Of a stretch of DNA of 64,000 nt, positions 29,600 to 39,511 are shown piece after piece. The first letter of the stretch is position 1. Every line of letters begins with the position of its first letter. Source of the DNA: an uncultured Caulobacteraceae bacterium (GTDB lineage: Bacteria; Pseudomonadota; Alphaproteobacteria; Caulobacterales; Aquidulcibacteraceae); NCBI GenBank assembly GCA_964443435.1, contig CAYUCW010000001.1:11474-75473 (forward strand), written 5' to 3'. The notes under the pieces are model-generated. The model was not told where the DNA came from and ran no database searches. It saw only the letters and a list, made by a program, of their open reading frames with translations. The position numbers were made by a program, and so were the translations under genes.

Positions 29600-30361
29600 T
29601 TATTGAAGGTTTACAAACATGCCGCCATCAACAAGAAGTGATGCGCCGGTAACATATTTTGCAAGATCAGAAGCTAGGAATACTGCTGGCCCTGCCATGT
29701 CGTCTGGCTGCCCAAGGCGACCAAGCGGAATGCGGTTTTCCATATATTCGCGTTTTTTTACGTCCGCTAAATCTTCTTTATTAATATCTGTAAGAATTGT
29801 GCCAGGAAGAAGGGCATTACATCTGATTTTATGTTTACCAAGCGCAATTGCCGTTGATTGCATTAAAGATAATACGCCCGCTTTTGTTGGGGTATAATGC
29901 GTTTGGAATTCACCGCCAACCAAAGCTGAAATAGAGCTTACGGCGATAATAGAGCCGCCATTGCCTTGGGCAACCATTTGTCTCGCTGCGGCTTGGCACA
30001 TATAATATGCGCCATGAAGATTTACGCGCATAGTTCTTTCAAGAACTTCTTGTGGCATTTCTAAGAAACTGTGAAAGGGACAAATTCCGGCATTAGAAAC
30101 GAAACTATCTAATTTTCCAAAATGTTTCACACCTTCTTTGATGAAAGCCTCAGCAGATGAAAATTCGCTTACATCACCTTTAAGGGCGAAAGCATTTCTG
30201 CCCATTGATTTTATGATTTCCACAACTTCAAGAGCGTCAGATTCGCTGCCATTATAATTTATACCAACGTCAGCACCATGTTCAGCAGCACCAATAGCAA
30301 TAGCACGCCCAATACCTTTTGAGCCACCAGTTACTAATACAGATTTCCCCTTTAACAGCAT
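29600..30361 (-). CDS. L-rhamnose 1-dehydrogenase (LRA1, SDR)
   Basis: TGGSKGIG, NAGICPFHSFLE, ALVGGEFQTHYTPTK; divergent from rhamnonate dehydratase. Confidence 0.85.
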   Translation of the reverse strand: MLLKGKSVLVTGGSKGIGRAIAIGAAEHGADVGINYNGSESDALEVVEIIKSMGRNAFALKGDVSEFSSAEAFIKEGVKHFGKLDSFVSNAGICPFHSFLEMPQEVLERTMRVNLHGAYYMCQAAARQMVAQGNGGSIIAVSSISALVGGEFQTHYTPTKAGVLSLMQSTAIALGKHKIRCNALLPGTILTDINKEDLADVKKREYMENRIPLGRLGQPDDMAGPAVFLASDLAKYVTGASLLVDGGMFVNLQ

Positions 30362-30634
30362 TTACCAGCCCTTTTAAAATTGTTTGACTATAAAAATATA
30401 GTAATAAAACTCACAAATGATAAAATTTGATTATAACATGGTTTAAGTAGCTTGCAATGCCACTTGTTTTTGATTAATCAATTCTCTTATTATGTTTTTT
30501 TGATAATATATGCGTGTTTTTGTGTTTGCAATAGCTAATAGGAGTAGCTTGTGAAATTGTTTAAGCTTTATCGCTCAATTTCAAGCATAAATGACGATTG
30601 CAGAGTGTAATTTACAGTTATTGAGGTTGAATTG

Positions 30635-31819
30635 ATGAAATTTCCAAAAATTAAACATGTTCGTGCTTTTGTGATGAGGGGCGCTGGGGCTGATTATCAT
30701 GACCAAGGTGAAGGCCATTGGATTGATAACCATATTGCTACACCTATGGCAAAATATCCTGAATATCGTCAAAGCCGTCAATCATTTGGCATTAATGTTC
30801 TTGGCACTTTAGTTGTTGAAATCGAAGCCGAAGATGGAACAATTGGCTTTGCGGTTACAACAGGTGGTGAGCCGGCGGCATATATGGTTGAAAAACATTT
30901 TGCACGTTTCTTAGAAGGGCGTTGTCCTTCTGAATATGAGAAAATTTGGGATCAAATGTATTTTGGTTCTCAATATTATGGCCGTAAAGGTATTGTTGTT
31001 AATGCAATATCTGGTGTTGACCTTGCGCTTTGGGATTTATTGGGTCGCTTGCGGGGGGAGCCAGTACACGCAATGCTTGGCGGTGCGGTTCGTGATGAGC
31101 TTCAATTCTATGCAACTGGTGCACGTCCTGACTTGGCAAAAGAAATGGGCTTTATAGGTGGTAAAGTTCCGCTTTATCATGGCCCTGCTGAAGGCGAAGA
31201 AGGCTTAAAGAAAAATATTGCTTTAATGGCTGATTTCCGTTCAAAAGTTGGTGATGACTTCTGGCTTATGTATGATTGCTGGATGTCATTAGACCTTAAT
31301 TATGCAACTAAGCTTGCGCTTGGCTGCCATGAGCATGGTCTTAAATGGATAGAAGAAGCTTTATCGCCTGATGATTATTGGGGATATGCGCAATTAAAGA
31401 AAAATGTTCCAACAGGCATGTTGGTTACAACCGGAGAGCATGAAGCAACGCGTTGGGGCTTTAGAATGCTTATGGAAATGGAATGTTGCGATATTATTCA
31501 GCCAGATGTTGGTTGGTGCGGTGGCGTAACTGAGTTATTGAAAATCTCTGCAATGGCGGATAGCCGCAGCATTATGGTAATTCCTCATGGTTCATCGGTT
31601 TATTCATACCATTTTGTAGCGACTCGTCATAATTCACCTTTTGCTGAATTCTTGATGATGGCACCAAAAGCTGACCATGTCGCGCCAATGTTCCATCCTC
31701 AATTATTAGGTGAACCAGTTCCACAAAACGGCCGCTTGAAAATTAGTGCGCTTGACAAACCAGGCTTTGGTGTAGAGCTTAACCCAGACGTTAAACTTCA
31801 CCGCCCTTATGTAAGATAA
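30635..31819 (+). CDS. rhmD: L-rhamnonate dehydratase (LRA3, enolase superfamily)
   Basis: [48 protein letters not shown]. Confidence 0.93.
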   Translation: MKFPKIKHVRAFVMRGAGADYHDQGEGHWIDNHIATPMAKYPEYRQSRQSFGINVLGTLVVEIEAEDGTIGFAVTTGGEPAAYMVEKHFARFLEGRCPSEYEKIWDQMYFGSQYYGRKGIVVNAISGVDLALWDLLGRLRGEPVHAMLGGAVRDELQFYATGARPDLAKEMGFIGGKVPLYHGPAEGEEGLKKNIALMADFRSKVGDDFWLMYDCWMSLDLNYATKLALGCHEHGLKWIEEALSPDDYWGYAQLKKNVPTGMLVTTGEHEATRWGFRMLMEMECCDIIQPDVGWCGGVTELLKISAMADSRSIMVIPHGSSVYSYHFVATRHNSPFAEFLMMAPKADHVAPMFHPQLLGEPVPQNGRLKISALDKPGFGVELNPDVKLHRPYVR

Positions 31820-31841
31820 TATAAGATAAAAGGAATTAAAA

Positions 31842-32714
31842 ATGAAACTAGTAAGATATGGCGCAAAAGGCCAAGCAAAACCAGGTGTTATAGATGCAGA
31901 TGGTAAAATCCGCGATCTTTCATCTGTCGTTAGCGATATTACTTCAAATGAAGTTCGTATTTCAGTTTTAGAAAAATTAAAAGCTACAGACATTAACTCA
32001 CTTCCAGTAGTAGAAGGTGAGCAAAGATATGATGTGCCAGTAAGCAATATTGGTAAAATCATTGCGGTTGGTCTTAATTATGCTGACCATGCTGCGGAAT
32101 CTAATCTTCCTGTCCCTCCAGAGCCTATTTTCTTTACAAAAGCAATCACTTCACTTTGCGGTGCAAATGATGATGTAATGAAGCCACGCGATGCTACTAA
32201 AATGGATTGGGAAGTAGAGCTTGGAATTATTATCGGCAAAACTATGCGTTATGTTGAAGTTGAAGATGCGCTTAACCATGTAGCAGGCTATGTTTTGGTA
32301 AATGACGTTTCAGAACGTAAATTCCAAAAAGAACATGGAACTCAATGGGTTAAAGGCAAAGGTTGCGACACTTTCTGCCCAACTGGTCCTTGGCTTGTTA
32401 CTGCTGATGAAGTGGGTAATCCGCAAGAATTAGATATGTTCTTAGACGTAAATGGCGTTCGTATGCAAACAGGTAATACTAGAACTATGATTTTCCCAGT
32501 TGCTGAAGCGCTTTCTTACATAAGCCGTTTCATCACTCTGCAACCGGGCGATTTGGTTATTACTGGAACTCCTCCAGGTGTTGGCGAAGGTAAAAAGCCT
32601 AATCCAATTTTCTTAAATGCAGGTGATAAAATGCATCTTGGTGTTTCAAAATTAGGTGAGCAAAGACAAACAGTTGTTCCATTCTCACTTGAAGGCTTGG
32701 AGATTTTAGGTTGA
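31842..32714 (+). CDS. FAH-family hydrolase, probable 2,4-diketo-3-deoxy-L-rhamnonate hydrolase (LRA6)
   Basis: GLNYADH, DWEVELG, NDVSER, TGTPPGVG; pathway context. Confidence 0.8.
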   Translation: MKLVRYGAKGQAKPGVIDADGKIRDLSSVVSDITSNEVRISVLEKLKATDINSLPVVEGEQRYDVPVSNIGKIIAVGLNYADHAAESNLPVPPEPIFFTKAITSLCGANDDVMKPRDATKMDWEVELGIIIGKTMRYVEVEDALNHVAGYVLVNDVSERKFQKEHGTQWVKGKGCDTFCPTGPWLVTADEVGNPQELDMFLDVNGVRMQTGNTRTMIFPVAEALSYISRFITLQPGDLVITGTPPGVGEGKKPNPIFLNAGDKMHLGVSKLGEQRQTVVPFSLEGLEILG

Positions 32715-33457
32715 TCTATGAAAATCGTTTTAAAGACCAAACGGCTGTATTAACTGGTGCGGCTGGTGGTCTTGGTAAAGCAGTAGCACAAAGAATAATT
32801 GCCGAAGGTGGTCAAGTTTATCTTCTTGATTATAATGAAGAATTATTAAAAACAACCGCAGAAGAAATCGGTGCAAAAGGTTATTTTGCATTAGATGTTG
32901 CAAATTATGAAGCAGTTAAATTGGCTGCTTCTGCTGCAAAAGAAGCCTTGGGAACAATTGATATTCTTGTTAATTCGGCTGGTATTACTGGTGCTACTGG
33001 TACTGTATGGGAATATCCTGTTGATTCTTGGCAAAGAGTGATTGATGTAAACCTTAATGGTTTATTCTATTGTTGCCGCGAAATAATACCATTCATGCTT
33101 GAAAATGGTTATGGACGTATCGTAAATCTTGCATCGGTTGCCGGCAAAGAAGGTAATCCAAATGCTTCAGCATATTCGGCATCAAAAGCGGGTGTTATTG
33201 GCCTTACTAAATCATTGGGTAAAGAGCTTGCTACTAAAGGTGTAATTGCCAATGCGCTTACTCCTGCAACTTTTGAAAGCCCAATTTTGGCGCAATTACC
33301 TGCTTCTCAAGTTGAATATATGCGTTCAAAAATCCCAATGGGTCGCTTGGGTATTATCGAAGAATCTGTTGCTATGGTATGTTTTATGGCGTCAAAAGAA
33401 TGCTCATTTACCACTGCATCAACATTCGATACCTCTGGGGGCCGTACTACTTTCTAA
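32711..33457 (+). CDS. SDR, probable 2-keto-3-deoxy-L-rhamnonate 4-dehydrogenase (LRA5)
   Basis: TGAAGGLG, NSAGITG, AGKEGNPNASAYSASK, FDTSGGRTTF; TTG start. Confidence 0.8.
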   Translation: MIYENRFKDQTAVLTGAAGGLGKAVAQRIIAEGGQVYLLDYNEELLKTTAEEIGAKGYFALDVANYEAVKLAASAAKEALGTIDILVNSAGITGATGTVWEYPVDSWQRVIDVNLNGLFYCCREIIPFMLENGYGRIVNLASVAGKEGNPNASAYSASKAGVIGLTKSLGKELATKGVIANALTPATFESPILAQLPASQVEYMRSKIPMGRLGIIEESVAMVCFMASKECSFTTASTFDTSGGRTTF

Positions 33458-33480
33458 AATAAATATAATCGGAGGGGCTT

Positions 33481-34386
33481 ATGACAATAAAAAGAATTAT
33501 AGATCCGCATATTCATTTATGGGATTTAAATCATATTAAATATCATTGGCTAAGCCCCCCATTTGATGACTCTGGAGTAAATGGAAGTACTGAGGCAATT
33601 GCTAAAGACTATTATTTTCAAGATTATTTAAAAGATGCCAAGGACTATCGTCCGCAAGGCGTAGTTCATATTGATGCTGGCGCGGATGCAAATGATTGCC
33701 TTCGTGAAACCGAATGGCTTGATAGTCTTGATACTGATGACGTAAAAATGGCAATTATAGGCTATGCCGCACTCCATGAAAAAAATGTCGATGAAATCTT
33801 AGCGGCGCATTCAAAAACTGATAAAATGCGCGGTATTCGCCAAATTATGAATTGGCACCCAAATTCTTATTATTCTTATACTCCTGAAAATTATTTTGAA
33901 AATCCAGATTGGGAAAAAGGTTATAGTCTTTTAGAAAAATATAACATGAGCTTTGATTTGCAATTATATCCATTGCAAATGTTACAAGCCGCCAAGATCT
34001 GTTCTAAATATCCAAATATTCCAGTTATGATTAATCACACAGGTATGCCTATAAATGATAGCCCTGATACTTTGAATTTATGGAAAGAAGGCATAAAAAC
34101 GCTTTCGCAAAATCCAAATGTTTCGATAAAATTATCTGGCTTTGGGTTTGTTAAAAGGGATTGGGATGAAGATTTCATCCGCCCTTTAATTCTTAACGCT
34201 ATTGAAAGTTTTGGAATTGATAGATGCATGTTTGCATCTGATTTCCCTACCGATAAATTATTTTCAGATTTCAATAAAATCTATGAAGCGTTTGATAATA
34301 TTACTAAAGATTTTAGTGAAGATGAGCGCGATAAATTATTCTATAAGAATGCAAATAAAATATATAAAATGAACCTAAATGATTAG
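33481..34386 (+). CDS. Amidohydrolase-2, probable L-rhamnono-lactonase (LRA2)
   Basis: IDPHIHLWD, RGIRQ, NHTGMP, KLSG, MFASDFP. Confidence 0.8.
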   Translation: MTIKRIIDPHIHLWDLNHIKYHWLSPPFDDSGVNGSTEAIAKDYYFQDYLKDAKDYRPQGVVHIDAGADANDCLRETEWLDSLDTDDVKMAIIGYAALHEKNVDEILAAHSKTDKMRGIRQIMNWHPNSYYSYTPENYFENPDWEKGYSLLEKYNMSFDLQLYPLQMLQAAKICSKYPNIPVMINHTGMPINDSPDTLNLWKEGIKTLSQNPNVSIKLSGFGFVKRDWDEDFIRPLILNAIESFGIDRCMFASDFPTDKLFSDFNKIYEAFDNITKDFSEDERDKLFYKNANKIYKMNLND

Positions 34387-34403
34387 GCAAGGGGAGAAGA
34401 AAA

Positions 34404-35465
34404 ATGGGAAATCCATTATTAGGGGTATTATTCCACTGGCTTGGCGGCCTCGCATCTGCAAGCTTTTATGTGCCTTATCGTAAGGTTCGTGGTTGGTCTT
34501 GGGAAATTTATTGGCTTATAGGTGGCTTATTTTCTTGGATAATTGCGCCTTGGATTTTTGCCTATTTTCGCACCGAAAACCTATTTGAAGTAATTGGTTC
34601 GGTCGATCCTTCAATTATTGGATATTGCATTATGTTCGGGTTATTGTGGGGTCTTGGCGGCTTAACTTTTGGCCTTACAATGCGCTATCTTGGGCTTTCT
34701 TTGGGTATGGCAGTGGCACTTGGCCTCTGTGCTTTTTTTGGAACAATTGTACCGCCTATTGTAAAAGGTACGTTCTTAAATGAAGTTTTAATGACTTCAC
34801 ACGGTCAAATAGTTTTAGTGGGCCTTTTAATGTGCCTTATCGGTATTTCAGTAATTGGACTTGGTGGTAATTCAAAAGAAAAAGAAACCCCCGAAGCGGA
34901 AAGAAAATCTAATATAGCTGAGTTTGACCTTAAAAAAGGTATTTTAGTAGCAATTTTTTGCGGTTTAATGTCATCTTGTTTTGCATTTGGAATTTCAGCA
35001 GGTGAACCAATTGCTGTACTTTCTGCGGCAGCAGGCACAGATCCATTATTTAAAGGGCTACCTGTAATTTGCGTTGTTTTAATTGGTGGCGCAACAACTA
35101 ATATAATTTGGTGTGGCTATTTAATATTCAAAAACAAAACTGCCTCTGAAATTACAAAACCAATTGTAAAAGAGGGTGAAAAAGCCCCTCTAAGTCTTGT
35201 AAATCTTTTATGGTGCGCACTTGCGGGCACAACATGGTATTTCCAATTCTTCTTTTATGTAATGGGTGAAAGCCAGATGGGAAAATTTGGTTTCTCATCT
35301 TGGACACTGCACATGGCATCAATCATAATCTTCTCATCGCTATGGGGTTTTGCACTTAAAGAATGGAAAGGCTCAAGTAAGAAGACTTTACTTTATGTAT
35401 TTACCGGACTTGCATTCCTTATTGGCTCAACAATTGTTATAGGAATTGGTAATTCAATGGCTTAA
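34404..35465 (+). CDS. rhaT: L-rhamnose/proton symporter
   Basis: [42 protein letters not shown]. Confidence 0.93.
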   Translation: MGNPLLGVLFHWLGGLASASFYVPYRKVRGWSWEIYWLIGGLFSWIIAPWIFAYFRTENLFEVIGSVDPSIIGYCIMFGLLWGLGGLTFGLTMRYLGLSLGMAVALGLCAFFGTIVPPIVKGTFLNEVLMTSHGQIVLVGLLMCLIGISVIGLGGNSKEKETPEAERKSNIAEFDLKKGILVAIFCGLMSSCFAFGISAGEPIAVLSAAAGTDPLFKGLPVICVVLIGGATTNIIWCGYLIFKNKTASEITKPIVKEGEKAPLSLVNLLWCALAGTTWYFQFFFYVMGESQMGKFGFSSWTLHMASIIIFSSLWGFALKEWKGSSKKTLLYVFTGLAFLIGSTIVIGIGNSMA

Positions 35466-35490
35466 TGCCATAAGCTTAATAGAGAGAAAA

Positions 35491-36621
35491 ATGAATATAG
35501 CTTGTACAAATGATTTTAGGAATCAAGCCAAAAAGAAGCTCCCCCGCTTTTTGTTTGATTATATTGATGGTGGTTCTTATTCTGAAAAAACCTTAAGAGA
35601 TAATTGCGATGATTTATCCAAAGTTGCACTTCGCCAAAGGGTTTTAAAAGATGTTTCCGCGCTTGATTTACAAACTAAAATCTTTGACCAAGATTTAAGA
35701 ATACCAACTATACTTGCGCCCGTTGGCCTTACAGGTATGTATCGCCGCCGTGGTGAAGTTCAAGCAACAAATGCGGCATATAATTTTGGCGTTCCTTTTA
35801 CGCTATCAACCGTAAGCGTATGTTCGATGGAAGAAGTAGTTGCCAAAACCAATAAGAAAATCTGGTTTCAGCTTTATGTATTAAAAGATAGAGGCTTTAT
35901 GAAAAATGCCCTCGAGCGGGCAAAAGCGCAAGGAATTGAAACTTTGGTATTCACGGTTGATATGCCTGTTCCTGGCGCAAGATACCGCGATATGCATTCG
36001 GGCATGTCTGGGCAATTTGCCGAAATTAATCGTATTCTTCAAGCTATGATGCACCCTGAATGGGCGCTTGATGTTGGTGTTTTAGGGCTTCCGCATGATT
36101 TGGGCAATGTCTCTAAATATCTTGGAAAAGCAACAGGGCTAAAAGATTATATGGGCTGGCTTGCGAATAATTTTGATCAATCAATTTCATGGTCAGATCT
36201 TGAATGGATACGAGATTTTTGGAAAGGCCCAATGATTATCAAAGGTATTCTTGACGCGGAAGACGCAAAAGATGCCGTTAAATTTGGTGCCGATGGCATT
36301 GTGGTTTCTAACCATGGTGGTCGCCAATTAGATGGTGTCTTATCATCTGCGCGTGCCTTACCTGAAATTGCTTCTGCGGTTAAAGGACAGATAAAGATAT
36401 TTGCGGATTCTGGCGTTAGATCTGGTCTTGATATTTTGCGTATGCTTGCGCTTGGTGCCGATGCAACCCTTATTGGTCGCGCTTATATTTATGCCTTAGC
36501 CGCAGGTGGAGAGACAGGCGTTGCAAAACTTCTCAATATCCTAGAGTCAGAGCTTAGGGTGGCAATGGTTCTTACAGGCACAAAATCAATTAAAGAAGTA
36601 AGCGCTTCATTATTGGCTTAA
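35491..36621 (+). CDS. lldD: FMN-dependent L-lactate dehydrogenase
   Basis: [45 protein letters not shown]. Confidence 0.93.
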   Translation: MNIACTNDFRNQAKKKLPRFLFDYIDGGSYSEKTLRDNCDDLSKVALRQRVLKDVSALDLQTKIFDQDLRIPTILAPVGLTGMYRRRGEVQATNAAYNFGVPFTLSTVSVCSMEEVVAKTNKKIWFQLYVLKDRGFMKNALERAKAQGIETLVFTVDMPVPGARYRDMHSGMSGQFAEINRILQAMMHPEWALDVGVLGLPHDLGNVSKYLGKATGLKDYMGWLANNFDQSISWSDLEWIRDFWKGPMIIKGILDAEDAKDAVKFGADGIVVSNHGGRQLDGVLSSARALPEIASAVKGQIKIFADSGVRSGLDILRMLALGADATLIGRAYIYALAAGGETGVAKLLNILESELRVAMVLTGTKSIKEVSASLLA

Positions 36622-36636
36622 ATATACAATAGATAC

Positions 36637-36670
36637 AAAAAAGGCGTGGGTTTCATCCACGCCTTTTTTT
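36637..36670. terminator. Bidirectional intrinsic terminator
   Basis: AAAAAAGGCGTGG-GTTTCAT-CCACGCCTTTTTT. Confidence 0.85.
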
Positions 36671-36680
36671 GTTCATTGTG

Positions 36681-38339
36681 TTAACGCATGAATTGCTTCA
36701 CTGCCGAATAAATGAAATATGCAAAAGCAACTAATATTGAAATACCTATACCATTTATAATCGCTTTAGTTTTAGCATCGCCTTCAGTATTTCTGCCCCA
36801 AAGGTCTGCATATTTATAGCCAGTTAGATCTTCAACAATTGCACCATTTTCAGGGGTTGAAGGCAAGGTTTCACCACTACGAAGTCTTTCTACTTCATTT
36901 ACTAATACACCGTGTGTAGTGGCATTTAGATTAAACTTAAGTGAAATAAGAACCCCAAGCCCCATAACAATAATTGGACCAAGAACCATAATGAATAATA
37001 GCGTATGAATTTCATCTGTACCATGTGTTGTGGCTTTTGCGTTAAAGCCACCAAATTGTAGAAGTGCACCAGTTGCCGCCAAAGCACAAGCTTGCGCAAT
37101 TTTTCTTACAAAGGTCATAACACCTGCGAAAATACCTTCACGTCTTTGCCCAGTAAGCGCTTCATCAATATCAGGAAGATAGTTATAAACACTCCATGGC
37201 ACAAAGTTTAGAGTGCCGCGACCAAGACCAGCAAGTAAAATAGGTACGAATAGCCAGAATAAAACTATCGGGCTTGTGCCATTAAATAGTGCCATCCAAA
37301 TTTTGCCCTCAATTGGTTTAATTGCTGTGCTAAAGCCTTCTGGTTTAATAAGATAAAACGCGAAGAATAATAAACAACCGATTGTAAATAGACCGCAAGC
37401 AACACGGAATGCATAGGTTGGACCAATTTTAATAACAATATTAATCGCAAGCATTACTGAAACGAATTGCGCAATATACATGAATGTCATTAATTGCGAC
37501 GTAAGCAAAGTCGCGCCAAGCATTATAGCCGTCACAAAGAATGGTAAAACAGTGTTGAAAATATCTTGTGAAATATAACCGCCAAGATAAATACTTAAAT
37601 GCTGACGGAATGCTTTAATTCTTAATGTAGAGAATAGATCACCAAACATTTTAGCGGGTATTGCCAATATATCCTTAAGCTTTGGTGCTTCTGGTTTATG
37701 GTTTAATTCATCCTCAGTATATGGTCTTTCCCAAGTGAATATAACCACTAAAAGAACCATTAAAGAGAAAATCACGCCAAATATAGCACCCATAATAAAG
37801 AATGTATCGGCATTATCTTTGCCGCCCAAACGCTCAATAATAAGGGTAGGGAGGTATGAAGCAAGTACTGCTGATGCTTGCGCTACAAGCATTCTTGCGC
37901 CCGCAAATTTTGCTTTTTCCTTATAGTCTTTGGTCATTTCTGCGGCCAAAGTTTCCCAAGGGATAAGCACTGCGGCATATACAATTTCAAAGAAAATAAA
38001 TGTTGTTAAATAATATGCAAAATCATGACCAGATTGCCAAATAAGCGCAAATGAAGGCAATAATGGAATTGCAATTATAAGGAAAATTTTGCGTCGCCCA
38101 ATTTTCTTACCTATCCAAGTATGTCTAAGATTATCTGAAACATAGCCAATAATTGGGCAAGTAATAGCATCAACAATTCGCGGTAAAGCAAGAATTAATG
38201 CGGCTTGTGCAACATCTAAATCACAAAAAGTAGTTAGAAAATAGATAAGCCATCCTGAAATAACGGCCATTGCGCCGGCACCAAGCATATCGCCTGAACC
38301 CCATGCCCAATAATTTAATGTATTAGGTTTCCTATCCAT
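36681..38339 (-). CDS. GPH-family MFS transporter, RhiT-like rhamnogalacturonide importer
   Basis: WGSGDMLGAG, GRRKIF, PWETLAAEMT, RREGIFAG; coupled to GH105. Confidence 0.8.
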   Translation of the reverse strand: MDRKPNTLNYWAWGSGDMLGAGAMAVISGWLIYFLTTFCDLDVAQAALILALPRIVDAITCPIIGYVSDNLRHTWIGKKIGRRKIFLIIAIPLLPSFALIWQSGHDFAYYLTTFIFFEIVYAAVLIPWETLAAEMTKDYKEKAKFAGARMLVAQASAVLASYLPTLIIERLGGKDNADTFFIMGAIFGVIFSLMVLLVVIFTWERPYTEDELNHKPEAPKLKDILAIPAKMFGDLFSTLRIKAFRQHLSIYLGGYISQDIFNTVLPFFVTAIMLGATLLTSQLMTFMYIAQFVSVMLAINIVIKIGPTYAFRVACGLFTIGCLLFFAFYLIKPEGFSTAIKPIEGKIWMALFNGTSPIVLFWLFVPILLAGLGRGTLNFVPWSVYNYLPDIDEALTGQRREGIFAGVMTFVRKIAQACALAATGALLQFGGFNAKATTHGTDEIHTLLFIMVLGPIIVMGLGVLISLKFNLNATTHGVLVNEVERLRSGETLPSTPENGAIVEDLTGYKYADLWGRNTEGDAKTKAIINGIGISILVAFAYFIYSAVKQFMR

Positions 38340-38369
38340 TCTCTAAACTCCCTATTTATATTTTTTTTA

Positions 38370-39497
38370 TTATATGAAACGATACATAAACTCACCTAAG
38401 CAAAGAATGGCCATAGCCTGACCAAACGGCATAGAGGTAAGTGGAATATCTTTATATTCTTGTATTGAATTAAAAACAGGTGTTCCAAAAGAAACCTGTG
38501 TTAATTCACCCGCATCATTAATATGCGCGCGCACTGCTTTACCAGCTCTTATACCCATATCTTCGTATAATTCTTTTGAAATATAGCCTTTACGGGTTGC
38601 TTTAAGAATACCTGCGGCAAAGCCTGCTGAGGCTGATGCTTCTTCATAAGAAGTTTCATCATCAAGAATTGTACGCCATAAGCCTGACGGGGCTTGGTAT
38701 TTTTTCAAAGCTTTGATTTGTGCTTCTAAGGTTTCTATTAAGAAAATTCTAGTTGCATCATGTGCTGGTAAATCAAGTAATTCAATAAATTCAGGTATAG
38801 CAATTGTAACCCAAGAATTGCCACGTGCCCATAATGCTTCGGCAAAATTATGCTTACCATCAAATGTCCAGCCATGGAACCAAAGACCAGATTTTCTATC
38901 AGTAAGATATTTAATGTGAAGCATAAATTGACGTTTTGCTTCTTCTACATAATGCGGGCGATTTAATAAAAGGCCGATTTTAGCAAGCGGTAAAACCGAC
39001 ATCATTAATGTATCATCCCATAATTGCTGATTATTCACAGAATTATAAACAATATGTTGGAAGCCATTTTCTTCAGTTCTTGGTAGGCCATTCATTACCC
39101 ATTCCGCCCATACATCAAGATATGGAAGATAGGTTCTATTGCCTGTACGCTCAAATAAATAAGCAAGGGTCAAGAATGGTGCAACAGTATTAATATTCCT
39201 TGATGGAGAGCCTTCTTTAAATCGTGCCTCGAACCAATCAATCATAATATCCCAAGCTTTTTTATCGCCTGTTAATTCCCAATGCTTGTAGATTCCATAA
39301 AGACCGACACCATGTGTCCATTCCCAACCATTCCAGCCTTTAGTATCAATAACACGACCATCTTCAAGTCTTAGTAGGAATTCACCAGTTTCGTCTTTAA
39401 TATTAACAAGATTATTAATCACACGATTCATGGCGTCATGATAATCTTCACGATTTGCGCCAAGAATATTTGCGTGATGTTGTAATAGGGGATGCAT
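38370..39497 (-). CDS. GH105 unsaturated rhamnogalacturonyl hydrolase (RhiN/YteR-like), no signal peptide
   Basis: WEWTHGVGLYG, QLWDDTLMM, FHGW, WARGNSW, EASASAG. Confidence 0.92.
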   Translation of the reverse strand: MHPLLQHHANILGANREDYHDAMNRVINNLVNIKDETGEFLLRLEDGRVIDTKGWNGWEWTHGVGLYGIYKHWELTGDKKAWDIMIDWFEARFKEGSPSRNINTVAPFLTLAYLFERTGNRTYLPYLDVWAEWVMNGLPRTEENGFQHIVYNSVNNQQLWDDTLMMSVLPLAKIGLLLNRPHYVEEAKRQFMLHIKYLTDRKSGLWFHGWTFDGKHNFAEALWARGNSWVTIAIPEFIELLDLPAHDATRIFLIETLEAQIKALKKYQAPSGLWRTILDDETSYEEASASAGFAAGILKATRKGYISKELYEDMGIRAGKAVRAHINDAGELTQVSFGTPVFNSIQEYKDIPLTSMPFGQAMAILCLGEFMYRFI

Positions 39498-39511
39498 ATA
39501 TAACTCCAGAT

